Notes under the pieces: model-generated
The model's input: only the letters and a program-made list of their open reading frames with translations
The model's database searches: none
Told to the model about the DNA's origin: nothing
Program-made: the position numbers and the translations under genes
Assembly: GCF_963921235.1 (NCBI RefSeq)
Contig: NC_086106.1
Location: 18,538,001 to 18,602,000 of the forward strand
From: Mobula hypostoma
Lineage: Eukaryota
DNA: 64,000 bases
Reading direction: 5' to 3'
Shown: in pieces, positions 35,561 through 49,434 of the stretch
How positions within the stretch are numbered: the stretch's first letter is position 1
How the letters are laid out: each line of letters begins with the position of its first letter

Positions 35561-37099
35561 TACATGGTCACTGAAAGTGGAGTCACATGTAGACAGGGTG
35601 GTGAAGAAGACTGTTGGTATTGTGTGTAAAAATTGGGAGTACGTGGTGGGATTGTACAAGGTGCTGGTGAGATTGCATATGGGGTATTGTGTTCAGTTTT
35701 TATTCATCCTGCTGGTGAAAAGATGTTATTAATCTGGAAAGAGTGCAGAAAAGATTTACAGGGATGTTGCCATGACTGAGTTAAAGGGAGAATCTGTCTA
35801 AACCAAGACTTTCCTTGGGGTGAATATACAGATTGCAGAACATATAATTTATTTACAGTTACTGAGGGGAGTCAAAATAACAGTGAGATGGATGTCTTTC
35901 TGCTACTGTACTTGGTTATTAAATCTCTAGCAACCTCCAGCTTAGATCTGGTGAAAAACTCTGGCTTGCAGGAGACCGAGTGGAGATTTTGTAGAGATGC
36001 AAAAAATGAAGAGGGCAATGGATAGGAAAAGTTCCCACAAAGTGCTGTCAATGTGACGAGCTTGGATGGGCATCTTGGTCAGCATGGATGAGTTGGGCCG
36101 AAGGGCCTGTTTCCATGATCCTTGACTCTTTGACTCTCCAAATGCAAGTGCAATTTACCGTGGGCAATTAACCTACCAACAGTCCTGTAGGATGTGAAAG
36201 AAAGACATATTTCAATGTGACATATTCATCTGAAAAGCTCCTGCAGACTCAGGAACTCCTGATGGTCTGGAATCCTCCTGCGCACTGTTTTACCCACATC
36301 TGCCACCCACTCTGTCTGACTGATACACTGACACCCAGTGGCTGTCGGTCAGTATTACAACAATCAGTTTGTTGTAATATTTGGCGGTGTTCCTCTGACC
36401 CCAGTGGTTACAGTTTACCACTGCAAGGTAACAAATGCTTCGTCAAATTGTCTTCAATCTAGACACAAGAGTCTGTAACTGCTGGGATCTGGAGCTGCAC
36501 ACAATCTACTGGAGGAACTCAGCGGGTTGAGCAGCATCGGTGGACAGAAGCTGTCGAATCCCTGAATGAGGACAGTCCATGAGCATCGGGGTTACAACAG
36601 ACAGAATGAAATTACCTAAGTAAAGAAAACCTGCTGATGTTGAAAATCAGAAGGAAAAACTCTTGGAAGCACTGGACAGGCAATATACATTGTACATCAG
36701 TGGTAGCGGGAAAGAAATGGAGTGTCGGTGAGTAGACCAGACACATCTCCAAATATGCCAACTTATCTATGTCAACGATCGTCAAAACAACTGTAAAATA
36801 GCAAAAGCAGAGTCCAATGAACAAGAGCTCAAATCAAGCTCTATTGAAGACATCGGATAAATGCAAATTATTGCAAGGTAATGATATATTGACAGAAAAA
36901 GCCAGCGAGGGAAAGCAGGGATTGTATAAAATGTCCCATCAGTGAGAAACTACTGAATGAAAACCCTCTCCTTTCCCTGTCTGTCACTTTCAATGTGACA
37001 AATTCATCTGAAGAGCTCCTGTAGTCTCAGACCCTTCTGGCACAATGGAATCCTCCTGTACACTGTTTCACCCACACCGTCCAGCAGTGTCTTTTTCGT

Positions 37100-38339
37100 G
37101 ACTGACGCAGTATATCACCCCAGCCGACTCACAGGTGAAGTGTCGCCTAACCTGGAAGGACTGTCTGGGGCCCTGAATGGTGGTAAGGGAGGAAGTGTAA
37201 GGGCATGTGTAGCACTTGTTCCGCTTACAAGGATAAGTGCCGGAGGGAGATCGATGGGGAGGGATTGGGGGGGGCGCGAATGGGCAAGGGAGTCATGTAG
37301 GGAGAGCAGAGCAAGGGGTGGGAGGGAAAGATGTGCTTAATGGTGGGATCCCGTTGGAGGTGGCGGAAGTTACGGAGAATAATATGTTGGACCCGGAGGC
37401 TGGTGGGGTGGTAGGTGAGGACAAGGGGAACCCTATTCCTAGTGGGGTGGCGGGAGGATGGAGTGAGAGCAGATGTGCGTGAAATGGGGGAGATGCGTTT
37501 GAGAGAAGAGTTGATGGTGGAGGAAGGGAAGCCCTTTTCTTTAAAAAAGGAGTACATCTCCCTCGTCCTGGAATGAAAAGCCTCATCCTGAGAGCAGATG
37601 CGGCGGAGACGGAGGAATTGTGAGAAGAGGATGGCATTTTTGCAAGAGACAGGGTGAGAAGAGGAATAGTCCAGATAGCTGTGCGAGTCAGTAGGCTTAT
37701 AGTAGACATCAGTAGATAAGCTGTCTCCAGAGATAGAGACAGAAAGATCTAGAAAGGGGAGGGACGAGTCCAACATGGACCAGGTAAACTTGAGGGCAGG
37801 GTGAAAGTTGGAGGCAAAGTTAATGAAGTCAACGAGCTCAGCATGCGTGCAGGAAGCAACGCCAATGCAGTCGTCGATGTAACGAAGGAAAAGTGGGAGA
37901 CAGATACCAGAATAGGTTTGGAACATAGATTGTTCCAAAGCCAACAAAACGGCAGGCATAGCTAGGACCCATACGGGTGCACATAGCTACACTTTAGTTT
38001 GGAGGAAGTGGGAGGAGCAAAAGGAGAAATTATTAAGAGTAAGGACTAATTCCACTAGGCGGAGCAGAGTGGTGGTAGAGGGGAACTGGTTCGGACTGGA
38101 ATCCAAAAAGAAGCAGAGAGCTTTGAGACCTTCCTGATGGGGCATGGACGTATACAGGGACTGGACATCCATGGTGAAAATAAAGCTGTGGGGGCCAGGG
38201 AACTTAAAATCATTGAAAAGTTTCAGAGGGTGAGAAGTGTCACGAACATAGGTAGGAAGGGATTGAACTTCTCACCCTCTGAAACTGTTCGATGATTTTA
38301 AGTTCCCTGGCCCCCACCGCTTTATTTTCACCATGGATG
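37100..38339 (-). mobile_element. Penelope-like retroelement RT fragment with an inverted 5' end
   Basis: DVQSLYTS, RYIDD, FLDL...VYYKPTDSHSYL, SQFLRLRRICS motifs. Inverted repeat 38166-38238 / 38267-38339. Confidence 0.9.
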
Positions 38340-39120
38340 GAGTTCAAACCAGAGAAGTGTGAGGTGGTACACTTTGGAAGGACAAACTCCAAGGCAGAGT
38401 ACAAAGTAAATGGCAGGATACTTGGAAGTGTGGAGGAGCAGAGGGATCTGGGGGTACACGTCCACAGATCCCTGAAAGTTGCCTCACAGGTAGATAGGGT
38501 AGTTAAGAAAGCTTATGGAGTGTTAGCTTTCATAAGTCAAGGGATAGAGTTTAAGAGTCGCAGGGTAATGATGCAGCTCTATAAAACTCTGGTTAGGCCA
38601 CACTTGGAGTACTGTGTCCAGTTCTGGTTGCCTCACCATAGGAAGGATGTGGAAGCATTGGAAAGGGTACAGAGGAGATTTACCAGGATTCTGCCTGGTT
38701 TACAGAGTATGCATTATGATCAGAGATTAAGGGAGCTAGGGCTTTACTCTCTGGAGAGAAGGAGGATGAGAGGAGACATGATAGAGGTATACAAGATATT
38801 AAGAGGAATAGATAGAGTGGATAGCCAGCGCCTCTTCCCCAGGGCACCACTGCTCAATACAAGAGAACATGGCTTTAAGGTAAGGGGTGGAAAGTTCAAG
38901 GGGGATATTGGAGGAAGGTTTTTTACTCAGAGTGTGGTTGGTGTGTGGAATGCACTGCCTGAGTCAGTGGTGGAGGCAGATACACTAGTGAAGTTTAAGA
39001 GACTACTAGACAGGTATATGGAGGAATTTAAGGAGGGGGGTTATATGGAAGGCAGGGTTTAAGGGTCGGCATAACATTGTGGGCCGAAGGGCCTGTACTG
39101 TGCTGTGCTGTATTGTTCTA
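38336..39120 (+). mobile_element. Young CR1-type LINE 3' fragment, same subfamily as 27315-28545
   Basis: ORF 38292-39062 gives the RT C-terminus; near-identical to the 27.4-28.1 kb copy. Confidence 0.9.
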
Positions 39121-39329
39121 TTGTTTGTCCATATATCTGTGATTCCACTTTCAAGGAATTATGGATCTGTATTCCTAGATCCCTTTGTTCTGCACATCTC
39201 AGTTCCCTATTGAATTGCATTGACTTTATTTCTTTCATCCTTCACATATGTGAGGAGTAAAAATCTTTACATTACATCTCCATCTGAATGTGCAAATTAT
39301 AGTAATTTGTAAAAAGTAGAATGTTCAGT

Positions 39330-39835
39330 ATGATATACAACAGAACAGTCAATATAGCTTAGAAATACAATTGTGTCAGTGTGAATTAATCAGTCTGATG
39401 GCCTTGTGGAAGAAGCTGTCCCAGAGCCTGTTGTCCTGGCTTTAATGCTGCGGTACTGTTTCCCGGATGGCAGTAGCTGGAGCAGTTTGTAGTTGGTGTG
39501 ACTTGGGTCCCCAATGATCCTTCGGGCCCTATTTGTAAATGTCCTGAATAGTGGGAAGTTCACAACTGCAGATGTGCTGGGCTGTCCGCACCACCTGTGA
39601 CCTGTGATTGAGGGAAGTACAGTTCCCATACCAGGTAGTGATAGAGCCAGTCAGGATGCTCTCACTTGTACCCCATGGAAAGTCCTTAGGATTTGGGGAC
39701 TGATGCCAAACTTCTTCAATCATCTGAGGTGAAAGAGGTGCTGTTGTGCTTTTTTCACCACGCAGCTGGTATGTACAGACCAAGTGAGATCCTCGGTGAT
39801 GTGTATACTGAGGAACTTGAAGCTGTTCACCCTCT
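39330..39835 (-). mobile_element. Rex/Babar-like LINE 3' fragment
   Basis: VNSFKFL.IHITEDLTWS...KKAQQHL, SILTGSITTWYGNC. Confidence 0.75.
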
Positions 39836-40109
39836 CAGTCCTACCATTCACTGTGTTCTTGCCCTGGATTGTCCTGCCAAAGTGCAACACTGTACACCCA
39901 TTGGCATTATTCCCCTCTGCCGTTATCCAGTCCATCTTCCCACTGGTTCAGACCATGCTGCAATCTTGCTGCATTGGTTTATTTTGATTGTACTGGTGCT
40001 TACCAGAAGCTCCCAAATAATTCTTATCAGTGCTCCGTTATCCTTCCAGAATTCTGAGATCTATCAGGTCCCCAGTGAATTGTTTTGAGCAACCTGTCAT
40101 CTTTCTTTC

Positions 40110-40235
40110 CAGACCAGATGAAGGGTCTCTGCCCAAAATGTCGACTGTTTACTCTTTTCCATAGATGCTGCCTGACCTGCTGGGTTCCTCCAGCATTTCG
40201 TCTGTGTTGCTTTGGATTCCCAGCATCTGCTGTAT
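40110..40235 (+). mobile_element. Degenerate Penelope-type terminal repeat, relative of 22517-22758
   Basis: GATGAAGGGTCTCTGCCC...GTCGACTG...ATAGATGCTGCCTGACCTGCTG...CCAGCATCTGC. Confidence 0.7.
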
Positions 40236-40965
40236 TTCTCTCGTTTGTGATGCTGCAATCTTTGTTAGCCTCCCCTACTACTTTCCCGTACTTGACCTCT
40301 TCTTCAAATTTGCTCATGCAGTTTACCACATCATCTAAACAGATGATGATGAACAACAGATCCAATGCCTACCCCTGCAGCACACCCCTTGTCACAGCCC
40401 TCCAGTCAGAGAGACTTGTGTACTTCCACTCTGTCTTCTCCCGCTAAGACAATTTACTACTGCAACTTGAACACCAAGTGACTTAATCTTCAGGACGAGC
40501 CCCCTATGTGGTACTCTGTCAAAGGCCTTGCTAGAGTCCATGTAAACAAGGTTTTTCCTTCATCAACCTGCTCGGTTCTACAGACTTACCATGGGGAACA
40601 TCCTGACAGGCTGTACCACTGTCTGATATGGGTGGTGGCAGGGGCACTACTGCACAGAAGTTGCAGTAAGTTGTAAAATTAGTCAGTGCCATCTCGGGTA
40701 CCACCCTCCGTAGTATCCAAGACATCTTCAAGGAGTGGTGCCTCAGAAAGGAGCCATCATTAAGGATATCACTGAGGACATGCCCCCTTCTCATTGTTAC
40801 CGTCAGGAACGAGGTACAGAAACCTGAAGGCACACACACAGTGATTCAGGAACAATTTCTTTCCCTGTCATCTGATTTCTGAATGGACATTGAACCCATG
40901 AACATTACTTCACTACTTTTTTATATTATTTCTGTTTTGCACTTTTAAAATCTATTTAATACACA

Positions 40966-41521
40966 TGAAACACTCCGGTTCCGTCGGCTGTGTAAGCCTA
41001 GGGAAGACAATCTAAACGTGTGAGATTGAACCGCAAGCCCCTCAAATCCCTCTGTGTGGATGCTGCGTGATTCGTACCCCGTTACAAATAAGTACCAGAA
41101 AATAACAGACAGTACACCCCATATAATTAAATGATTTAGCTTTATAATTCTTAATTTGACTAAAGGGTTAGTAAAGAAAAAGCAAAAAGAAAAGAAATGG
41201 GCCCATTTTAATGAAATAGTCCAATGTGCACAAGTTGGAGCTCATGGTTTCCCCTTCGCTGATCCTCTTTTGATCTTCCTGGGCTATGTCGGATCAAGGC
41301 TCCGCTCTGGGTCGAGTCCTACGACCTCTTCTCTCCGGCATCTTCTCCCTTCATCTCCCGCTGAACAAAAGACCCAGCTCACACTGGTGTCAGGCACACA
41401 ACACGAAAACGCACTCCCTTCATTGGACATCTCACATTCCAAAGCACCCGTTATCTCTAATCATAACCCAAACACTGCTTCTACAGAAAGACCATTATGA
41501 AACATTTCCCAGGGTGTTACA
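40966..41521. mobile_element. Solo LTR nested in a Rex-like LINE tail (40530-41630)
   Basis: TGAAACAC...GTGTTACA terminal inverted ends; flanks CACA and CATA. Confidence 0.55.
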
Positions 41522-41639
41522 CATAGGTATACTTTAATTGATTTACTTATTTATTTTTTTCTTTCTATATCATCATGTATTGCATTGTACTGCTGCTGCA
41601 AAGTTAACAAATTTCACGACACATGCCAATAGACAATAA

Positions 41640-44290
41640 ACAAAAGGTGCAGGAGTAGGCCATTCAGCCCTTTGAGCCAGTGCCCCCATTCACTGTGATC
41701 ATGGCTGATCATCCACAATCAGTACCCTTTTCCTGCCTTCTCCCCATATCCCTTGACTCCGCTATTTTTAAGAGCTCCATCTAACTCTTTCTTGAAAGAG
41801 TCCAGAGAATTGTCCTCCACTGCCTTCTGAGGCAGAGCATTCCACAGAACCACAACCCTCTGTGTGAAAAAGTATTTCCTCAAATCCATTCTAAATGGTC
41901 TACCCCTTATTCTTAAACTGTGGCCTCTAGTTCTGGACTCCCCCACCATCCTGAGCATGTTTCCTGCCTCCAGCGTGTCCAATCCCTTAATAATCTTATA
42001 TGTTTCAATCAGATACTAAACCAGTGATAATAAACCTGATTCTAATTCTGATTCTGGTAATGTCCTCAAAAAACTCTTTAAGATCGGTTCAACACAGTGT
42101 ACCACGCACAATGCATGTTGACTGTCCCTAACCAGGCCCTGACTATCCGGATGCTTATACATCCTGTTCAGTAGAATACCTTCCAATAATTTACCCACAA
42201 TTAATATCAGACTCACTGGCCCCTAGTTGCCTGGCTTGTTCTCAGAGCCTGTCTTGAACAATGGAACAGCATTCGGTATCCTCCAGTCCTCCGGCACATT
42301 GCCCGTGGTTAAGAATGTTTTAAGTAACTCTGTCACGGCTGCTGTGGTTTCTGGACTTGTCTCCCATGAGGACCAAAGGGACACCTTGTCAAGCTCTGGG
42401 GATTTTTCCACCCCAACTTCCCTCAAGTAAACACCCCTTCATCTGTTATCTGGATACAGTCCATGGCCCCACTATTGTTTTTCCTCAGTTCTATAGAGTT
42501 TGTGTCTGTCTGCTGAGAAAGTACAGATGCAGAGAATTCATTTGAGATCTCATCCATCTTTTCCTGTTCCACACACAGATGACCATGCTGATCTTCAAGA
42601 GAAGCAATTCTGCCCATTACTATCCTTTTGCTCTTAACATATTGATGAAATCCCCTGGGATTTTCTTTCACCTTGTCTGTCAGAGCAACATCATGTCTCG
42701 TTTTAGTTCTCCTGATTTCTGTCTTACATGTTCTTTTGCGTTTCTCATACTGAAGTGCCGCATTTGATCCTAACTCCCCATGCGTAATCTTCACCTCCTC
42801 CTTCTTCACAAGTGCCCCAATACCCTGAAAAACTAAGCTTCCCTAAATCTTTTAGCTGTGCCTTTATTCCTAGCAGGAACATACAGATCCTGGACATTCA
42901 ATCTTTTTCTTTTGAAGACCTCCCACTAACCAAGTATCCCTTTGCAGGAAACCAACCTATCCCAGTCCATGTCTGCCTGATCTCTTCTGATGCCATCAAA
43001 ATTGGCCTTCCTCCTGTTTTCAATGTCCACTCGAGGACCAATCCTGTCCTTCTCCATAATTATCCTGAAAACGATCAGTAGAGCAAAACAGTTTTCGCCT
43101 GCACACACGTCTGTCACCTGCCCTGTCTCGTTCCCTGAGGAGATCCACTATCCTGACCTCTGCATTTTGATTAAAGAATCTTTTAAGAACACATCTGACA
43201 AACTCTATCACATGCATCGCATTTAGAGTAGGCACAGTGTCTGTATTCCTTCCACATCCGTCCCCACTCCATGGCAGCATATTACCTTCCTCCCGTACCC
43301 CCTTCAGGCCCTGCCCCTCCTCAGAATAACGACAAACCATGCAGATGGTAAAAACTATCATGGATCAGGTTACACTGATCAGGTTACACTGTGCTCTTTT
43401 GCTAGGGTTGCTTGAGCTGTTGGGGAGCATCTAAAATAACTTGCCAGGGAGATGGGAACTCGAGTGACAGGGCCGAGGATGGGGTAGTTGGTGTCCAACT
43501 AGATCCCGTGTGTGATGAGACTGTGAGGAAGGACAGGCAGATAGCAGGGCAAAATTGCATTCAGAATCAGGTTTATTATCACCAGCAGGTGTCGTGAAAT
43601 TGGTTAATTTAACAGCAGCAATTCAATGCAATACGTGATAATACAGAAAAAAATAAGCAGATCAATCAAAGTAAATATATATATATTTATAAAATAGTGC
43701 AAAACAAAAATGATATTAAAATAGTGTGGTATTGTTCATGGGTTCAATACCAATTTTAAAATCGGTTGTCAGAGGAGAAGAAGCTGATCCTGAATCACTG
43801 AATGTGTGCCTTCAGACTTCTGTACCTCCTTCCCAACGGTAACAGTGAGAAATGAGATGAGTTAAAGTGAAACGGGGCAAAATCGAAAAGGGTGATGAAT
43901 ACAGGAGTGAAGGTGTTATATTTGAATGCACTCACAGTTTACAGAATAAAGGCTGATGGTCTTGTAGGACAATTAGAGATTGGCAGATACACTGTTGTGG
44001 GCATCGCTGAGTCATGGCTGGAAGGTGATAATAGTTGGGAGCTTAGCATCCAAGGATACACATGGTATTGAAAGGACAGGCAGGTAGGCAGAGGGTTGGA
44101 GTGGCTCTGTTGGTAAAAAAATGAAATTAAATCCCTAGAAAGAGGTCATGTGGGACTGGAAGATAAGACCATAAGACACAGGAGCATAATTAGGCTATTT
44201 AGCCCATTGACTCTTCTCTGCCATTTCACCATGGCTGATTTATTTTCCATCTCAGCCCCAATCTCCTGCCTTCTCTCCATATCCCTTCAT
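41640..44290. mobile_element. Cluster of CR1-type fragments (41640-42010 minus, 42170-43130 minus, 43420-44290 plus)
   Basis: RT and endonuclease-like ORF pieces and CR1 tails. Confidence 0.75.
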
Positions 44291-44329
44291 GCCCTAATGA
44301 ATCAAGAATTTATCAAACTCTTCCTTAAG

Positions 44330-45800
44330 TATACCCAAGGACTTACACATACACTCCAGGATATGGGCATGGGGAGCCTCCACTGGATCTGGTCCCAAGT
44401 CATCACCTGTTCCTGGATCATTTCCCCAGTATCTGATTCAGTGCCATGCCCCCTCACGACCTGCTCTGCACTCCAGGTTATGGGCACAGGGAATCTCCTC
44501 CAATACGTGATCTTGGGTACAGTCTCTAAAGTCTGCTCCATATATATTTTCCCAAATGTCTGAACGTGGTGCATTTCTGAGATGTGGGGTTGGGAATCTA
44601 ATTCTCTGATTCTTCCAAATAACTGATTTTAAATTGTTTCCCTAAGATCAGTCGTGCATTCCCAAGCTCTGTCGTATTCCCTTATGAACGAGGTTGAGAA
44701 TTAACCACAATTTCTGGTTCTGTGGAGGGGTATTTTTCCCATTGTCTGATCTTTCATAGTTTTCCTCAATGCCTATTCCTAGGGTATATTCTTTCAATAT
44801 CTGGTCCTGTGTCTACCTCCAATGTCCGTCCCTTGGACTTACTCTGCTCAAATTAGGTGCTGGCTGTTGTATTCTATTCCCTTCTTGGTTTGTATTAATC
44901 TAGTACCTGTTTATGTTTTCTACTCCTGGTGTGTTTTCCTCAGTATCTGTTGTATTTTCCTGCATTGGCATATTTTCTCAAAATGTTCTCATTAAAATTG
45001 TAATGGTCGCTATCTAGTTCTGAGTCTTCTGTACTTGTACCATCACCTCCACACTCTGTGATGGGGGATGCTACAGGATGCACAAAGTTTCCTTCAGCTA
45101 AACACCGAGCAGGCCAAAAGCTTTGGTCCCTGCAGTGAGTTCTGTTCCAGAGCACTGATGCTGTTGTCCCTTTTCACTGACCTGAGAACAAAAATTCTGG
45201 CTGGTGTTGCTGTTCACGGTAGCAGACTCCCCATTAGCACTTATTGTGGGGTCCTTGTGTTTCAATAATGATTCGTCTCGTAGTGTCACTCAGCCAAGAC
45301 ATTGATGTTCTGTTGGAATTCCTATGGATAAACACTTGTTTCTGTCTCTGCATGAGATTCACTCGTTCTTCCGCTCCTGATTCAGTTGTCTGTCAGTGCA
45401 TACTGTGTCAGTAGGACCCGAACATAAATGGACCCAGCAGAGGTTCAACAGCAGCTTGGACATCGGTCGGTCAGAGACAAGGGTGCCTGCTATTCTCATT
45501 GATTGTCCAGAGGCTACGTTCCAAATTTCTCACTGCAATGTTCTGAGTTTCTCTAGTGTATGTTCTGAGCTTCTCTGGTTTATGTTCAAGGTCTCCCATG
45601 GCCCTTCAGGTTTCCAAGGACTATTCCAGGTTTCTGAGTTTACCAGCCCTGTCTCGGGTTCTCCACAGCTCCCTGGCTGCCTTCGGGATGGAGGTACTGT
45701 CATGTCCCCTGTGGGCCTGTGCAACATATTTGTTAATTGCGAAGTCCTTGTGCATTCTGTTTAGTCTTGTCAAGTGTATTTTGACTGGCACTGGTTTTCC
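44330..45800 (-). mobile_element. Decayed ERV/LTR gag-like sequence, copy A
   Basis: Aligns with 50280-50710 plus 51920-52390. Shared decayed coding signal ENIYG...PAPITWNVEQVVRDMALNQILG...DQI.WRLP. The Gag call is inference. Confidence 0.35.
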
Positions 45801-46884
45801 TCATACTGTGATTATTTAAAGCAGACTCCCGATTGCTGGTTATCAAGGGATCCTTGTGCTTCAAGAATGATTTATCTCACTGTGTTGCTTAGTCAATTCA
45901 CTGATGTTCTGTTGGGATTCCTGGGAATAAACTCTTATTTCTGTCTTTGCATGGAGTTCAGTCAGTTCTCTGCACTGGGTTCAGTCATCTGTCAGCGCAC
46001 CCTCGTAACTCCTCTGTTAACTCCCTTCCATAGATATTGGGTTTACTGTGTCCATAGTTCCCAACATTTTATTTGTAGCCCTTCTCAAATAAAGGAACAG
46101 GTCACTGATCTCCCAGAACGTATCTGAAATGTCCACAGAACTGAATTCTTGCTCCTAGTGCAAGGTTTCAGCAATGCATTAATCTACAACATCCTCCAAT
46201 TTTTAACCTCACCAGCACATGGCATTGGGAATAATCCAGAGATTACCACTGTTGGGGTTTTACATTTTAACCTCTTTTCTAACTCCCTATATTCACTCCA
46301 CAGCAGCACATCCATTTTTCTGCCAATTGTCATTTGAGCCAATGTGTGCAACCATTTCTATCTGCTCACCTTCCCCACTGAGAATATTCTGCAATCGCTC
46401 TGAGACATCCTCATCTGAATAATACTCTATCTGCAATTGCTCAGCCCACCCACCCAGCTGATCAAGATCCCACTGTAATTGTTGCTAACCTTCTTCACTC
46501 CCCACAATACCGTCTATTTTAGTGTCACCTGTCATCTAATACTCAGGAATATGGGATAAATTCCCATCAATGAGAGGACTCCTTCATCCAGGTATCAGCA
46601 GTCATTTGGACCAGAATAACATTCAAAGGACCAATTCTCAGTCCGTCTCCAGGGAAATGCTCCCTAATTCAGTGTTGTGTGAAAACATACTTGGATCAGA
46701 TTTTGGAGACACATAGTGGGGGAAATAACGCAGGGTGCAGAGCAGGAAGTGAAGAGCATGGCCCGGATTTGGATATTGGTCCAGTAACCTGGCCTTCGAG
46801 GTGGCAGAGACTCCTTCCTTTCTCCTTCTTTCCCTCTTACTCTACGATTTCCATGTGATGTATTTGCATGGATAGAGAATTGGT

Positions 46885-47945
46885 TAATTAATAGAAAACA
46901 GAGTCGGGATACGTGGATGTTACTCTGGTTGGCAATCAGTAGTGAGTGATGTACCACAGGGGTCGGTGCTGGGCCTGCAACTGTTCACGATATACATTAA
47001 TGATCTGGAAGAGGGGACAGAGTGTAGTGTATCTAAGTTTGCTGATGACACTAAATTGAGTGGAAAAGCAAATTGTGCAGAAGTTACAGAGTCTGCAGAG
47101 AGATATAGATAGGTTAAGTGAGTGGGCCAGAGTCTGGCAGATGGAGTACAATGTTGGTAAATGTGAGGTCATCCACTTTGGAAGGAAAAATGAAAGAGCA
47201 GATTATTACTTAAGTGGTGAAAATTGCATCATGCTGCTGTGCAGAGGGACTTGGAAGTGCTTGTGTGTGAATCACAAAAGGTTGGTTTGCAGGTGCAGCA
47301 GGCTATCAAGAAGGCAAATGGAGTGTTGGCCTTCATTGCTAGAGGGATTGAATTTAAGAACAGGGAGGTTATGCTGCAACTATACAGGGTATTGGTGAGG
47401 CCGCACCTGGAGTACTGTGTGCAGTTCTCGTCTCCTCACTTGAGGAAGGATATACTGGCTTTGGAGGTGGTGCGGCGGAGGTTCACCAGGTTGATTTCAC
47501 TGTTGAGGAGAGATTGAGTCGCCTGGGACTGTACTCACTGGAATTCATAAGAATGACAGGAGATGCTATAGAAACATTTAAAATTATGAAAGGAATAGGC
47601 AGAGGCAGGAAAGTTGTTTCCACTGGTGGGTGAGACTAGAACTAGGGGACATAGCCTCTAGACTCAGGGGAGTAGATTTAGGACGGAGATGAGGAGGAAC
47701 TGTTTTTCCCAGAGAGTGGTGAATCCGTGGAATTCTCTGCCCAATGAAGCAGTGGAGGCTCCCTCAGTAAGTATATTTAACACAAGGCTGGATATGTGTT
47801 TGCATAGTAGGGGAATTAAGGGTTCTGGGGAAAAGGCAGGTGGGTGGTGGTGAGTCCATGGCCAGATCAGCCATGATCTTATTGAATGGTGGAGCAGGGT
47901 TGCTGGGCTGGATGGCCGACTCCTGCTCCTATTTCTTGTGTTCTT
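46885..47945 (+). mobile_element. CR1-type LINE 3' fragment
   Basis: GVPQGSVLG, KFADDT, LVRPHLEYCVQF motifs. Confidence 0.88.
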
Positions 47946-48154
47946 ACCTCTCCCTCCTTGCCCTTCCTCGCTTCTCTCTTTCTCTCTATCTGTCCGCCCC
48001 CCTCTCTTTCCGCCTTCTCTAAGCTCATTTCAGACCTTTAAATCTCCAATTTGCTCCCTTATTTCTCTCTGCTACCCCACAGAACACGGGGTCAGAAGCT
48101 GGCTCTGACAAGCTGCCTGCACTTTGTACAATCAGACTGTTGCAGCCATTAGCT

Positions 48155-48232
48155 CTGTGTGTGTGTGTGTGGGGGGGGGGGGGGCAAGAGAGAGAGAGAG
48201 GGAGGGAGGGGAGAGAGAGAGAGAGAGAGAGA
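48155..48232. repeat. Compound microsatellite (TG)n-(G)n-(GA)n
   Basis: Directly visible in the sequence. Confidence 0.95.
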
Positions 48233-48849
48233 AAATAAAAAGAATATTGTGAGCAGTGAAGAGTGTAAAATATACCGGAGGACTGGCAGCACGTACTCAC
48301 TGAGGGAAGGAAGGAGGGAGCAAGCCAGTGTCGAAAGCTGACATTCCCAGAGGGGAGCAGAGGCCAGTGGCAGGGTAAGGTCCTCAGTTGTTGCACATCC
48401 TTGATTTCTAGTTGGCTGAAATGCAAGAGTGAGAGTTAGTCTGGCTGCTGGGCAACAGGTATTACTTATTGGCACAAAGGAAGTTGCCATGGTGGGGTGG
48501 AGGGAGGGGGAGTGGGGTGGGGGGGGTGGAGAGGAGAGGGGGAGAAGCTGCATTGACAAACTGGAAAGAAGGAATAAAGCTACTGAAGGAGGAATGGTGT
48601 TAAAATGTCAAGGGCAGAGGAATCAGATGAAAGTTGTGTGTACAAGCTGGGGAAAGAGGTTTCACGAGGGGGTAGATTGAATGAATGTGTTGGAGAATGG
48701 CAGAGTGTGTGAGTGAGATGGTTATTGTGGGTGGAAATAAACACTGGACTGTCATTGTTAATCTCTCTGTAATATGAAGCAGTACGGGCACATACAGACA
48801 CAGTTTATATTACTGAGAGTTTAATTGAGAAGCTGGGTTTGTGACGTAG

Positions 48850-49135
48850 ATATGTGAGTTCAGATCACATCACGGCAGCAGGGATGTGTAATTAAAGTCC
48901 TGGGTCAGTGACCGTGCCTTAGAGAAATGGATTGGTGTCTAAATGCATGACTGACGTGTTTCAGGGAAGGGAATCTGCTGACTTTACCTGGTCTGGCCTG
49001 TATATGTCTCCAGGCCCTCAGTAAAGTAACTGACCTTTAACTGCACTGTGAAATGGCCCAGTAATCCACCCAGTTCAAGAGCAGTTGGGATGGTAAAGAA
49101 ATGTTGTTCTGCTCACATCCCGCGAATGAATAACT
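48850..49135 (+). mobile_element. Ancient DeuSINE/SacSINE-like fragment
   Basis: TCAGGGAAGGGAATCTGC...TACCTGGTCTGGCCT...CTTTAACTGC...GAAATGGCCCAGTAA core. Confidence 0.5.
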
Positions 49136-49434
49136 AAAAGTTATCCACGGTTATGTTGTATCATGACCGATCCATCATTGTTTTGTTTTTAGATCTACCT
49201 ACATGATTGGGATTGATTTTTAATTACTTCGCAATGTAATTAATTCATTATTAAGAATATTTGCCCTTCCCTTGGACAACATTGGTGTCATGGAGAGGGG
49301 GGACTTGCAGCATGGGCAACTGCTGGTCTTCCATACAACCTTGCCCAGGCCTGCGCCCCGGAGAATGAAGACTTTCCAGGCGCAGGTCCATGGTCTTGCA
49401 AGACTAACGGATGCCTTTACTTTAATAATATTTA

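Noticed and set aside
36230-36300. WVKQ peptide resembling VH FR2 on the minus strand
   Set aside because: No flanking Cys motifs, leader or RSS, and stops nearby.
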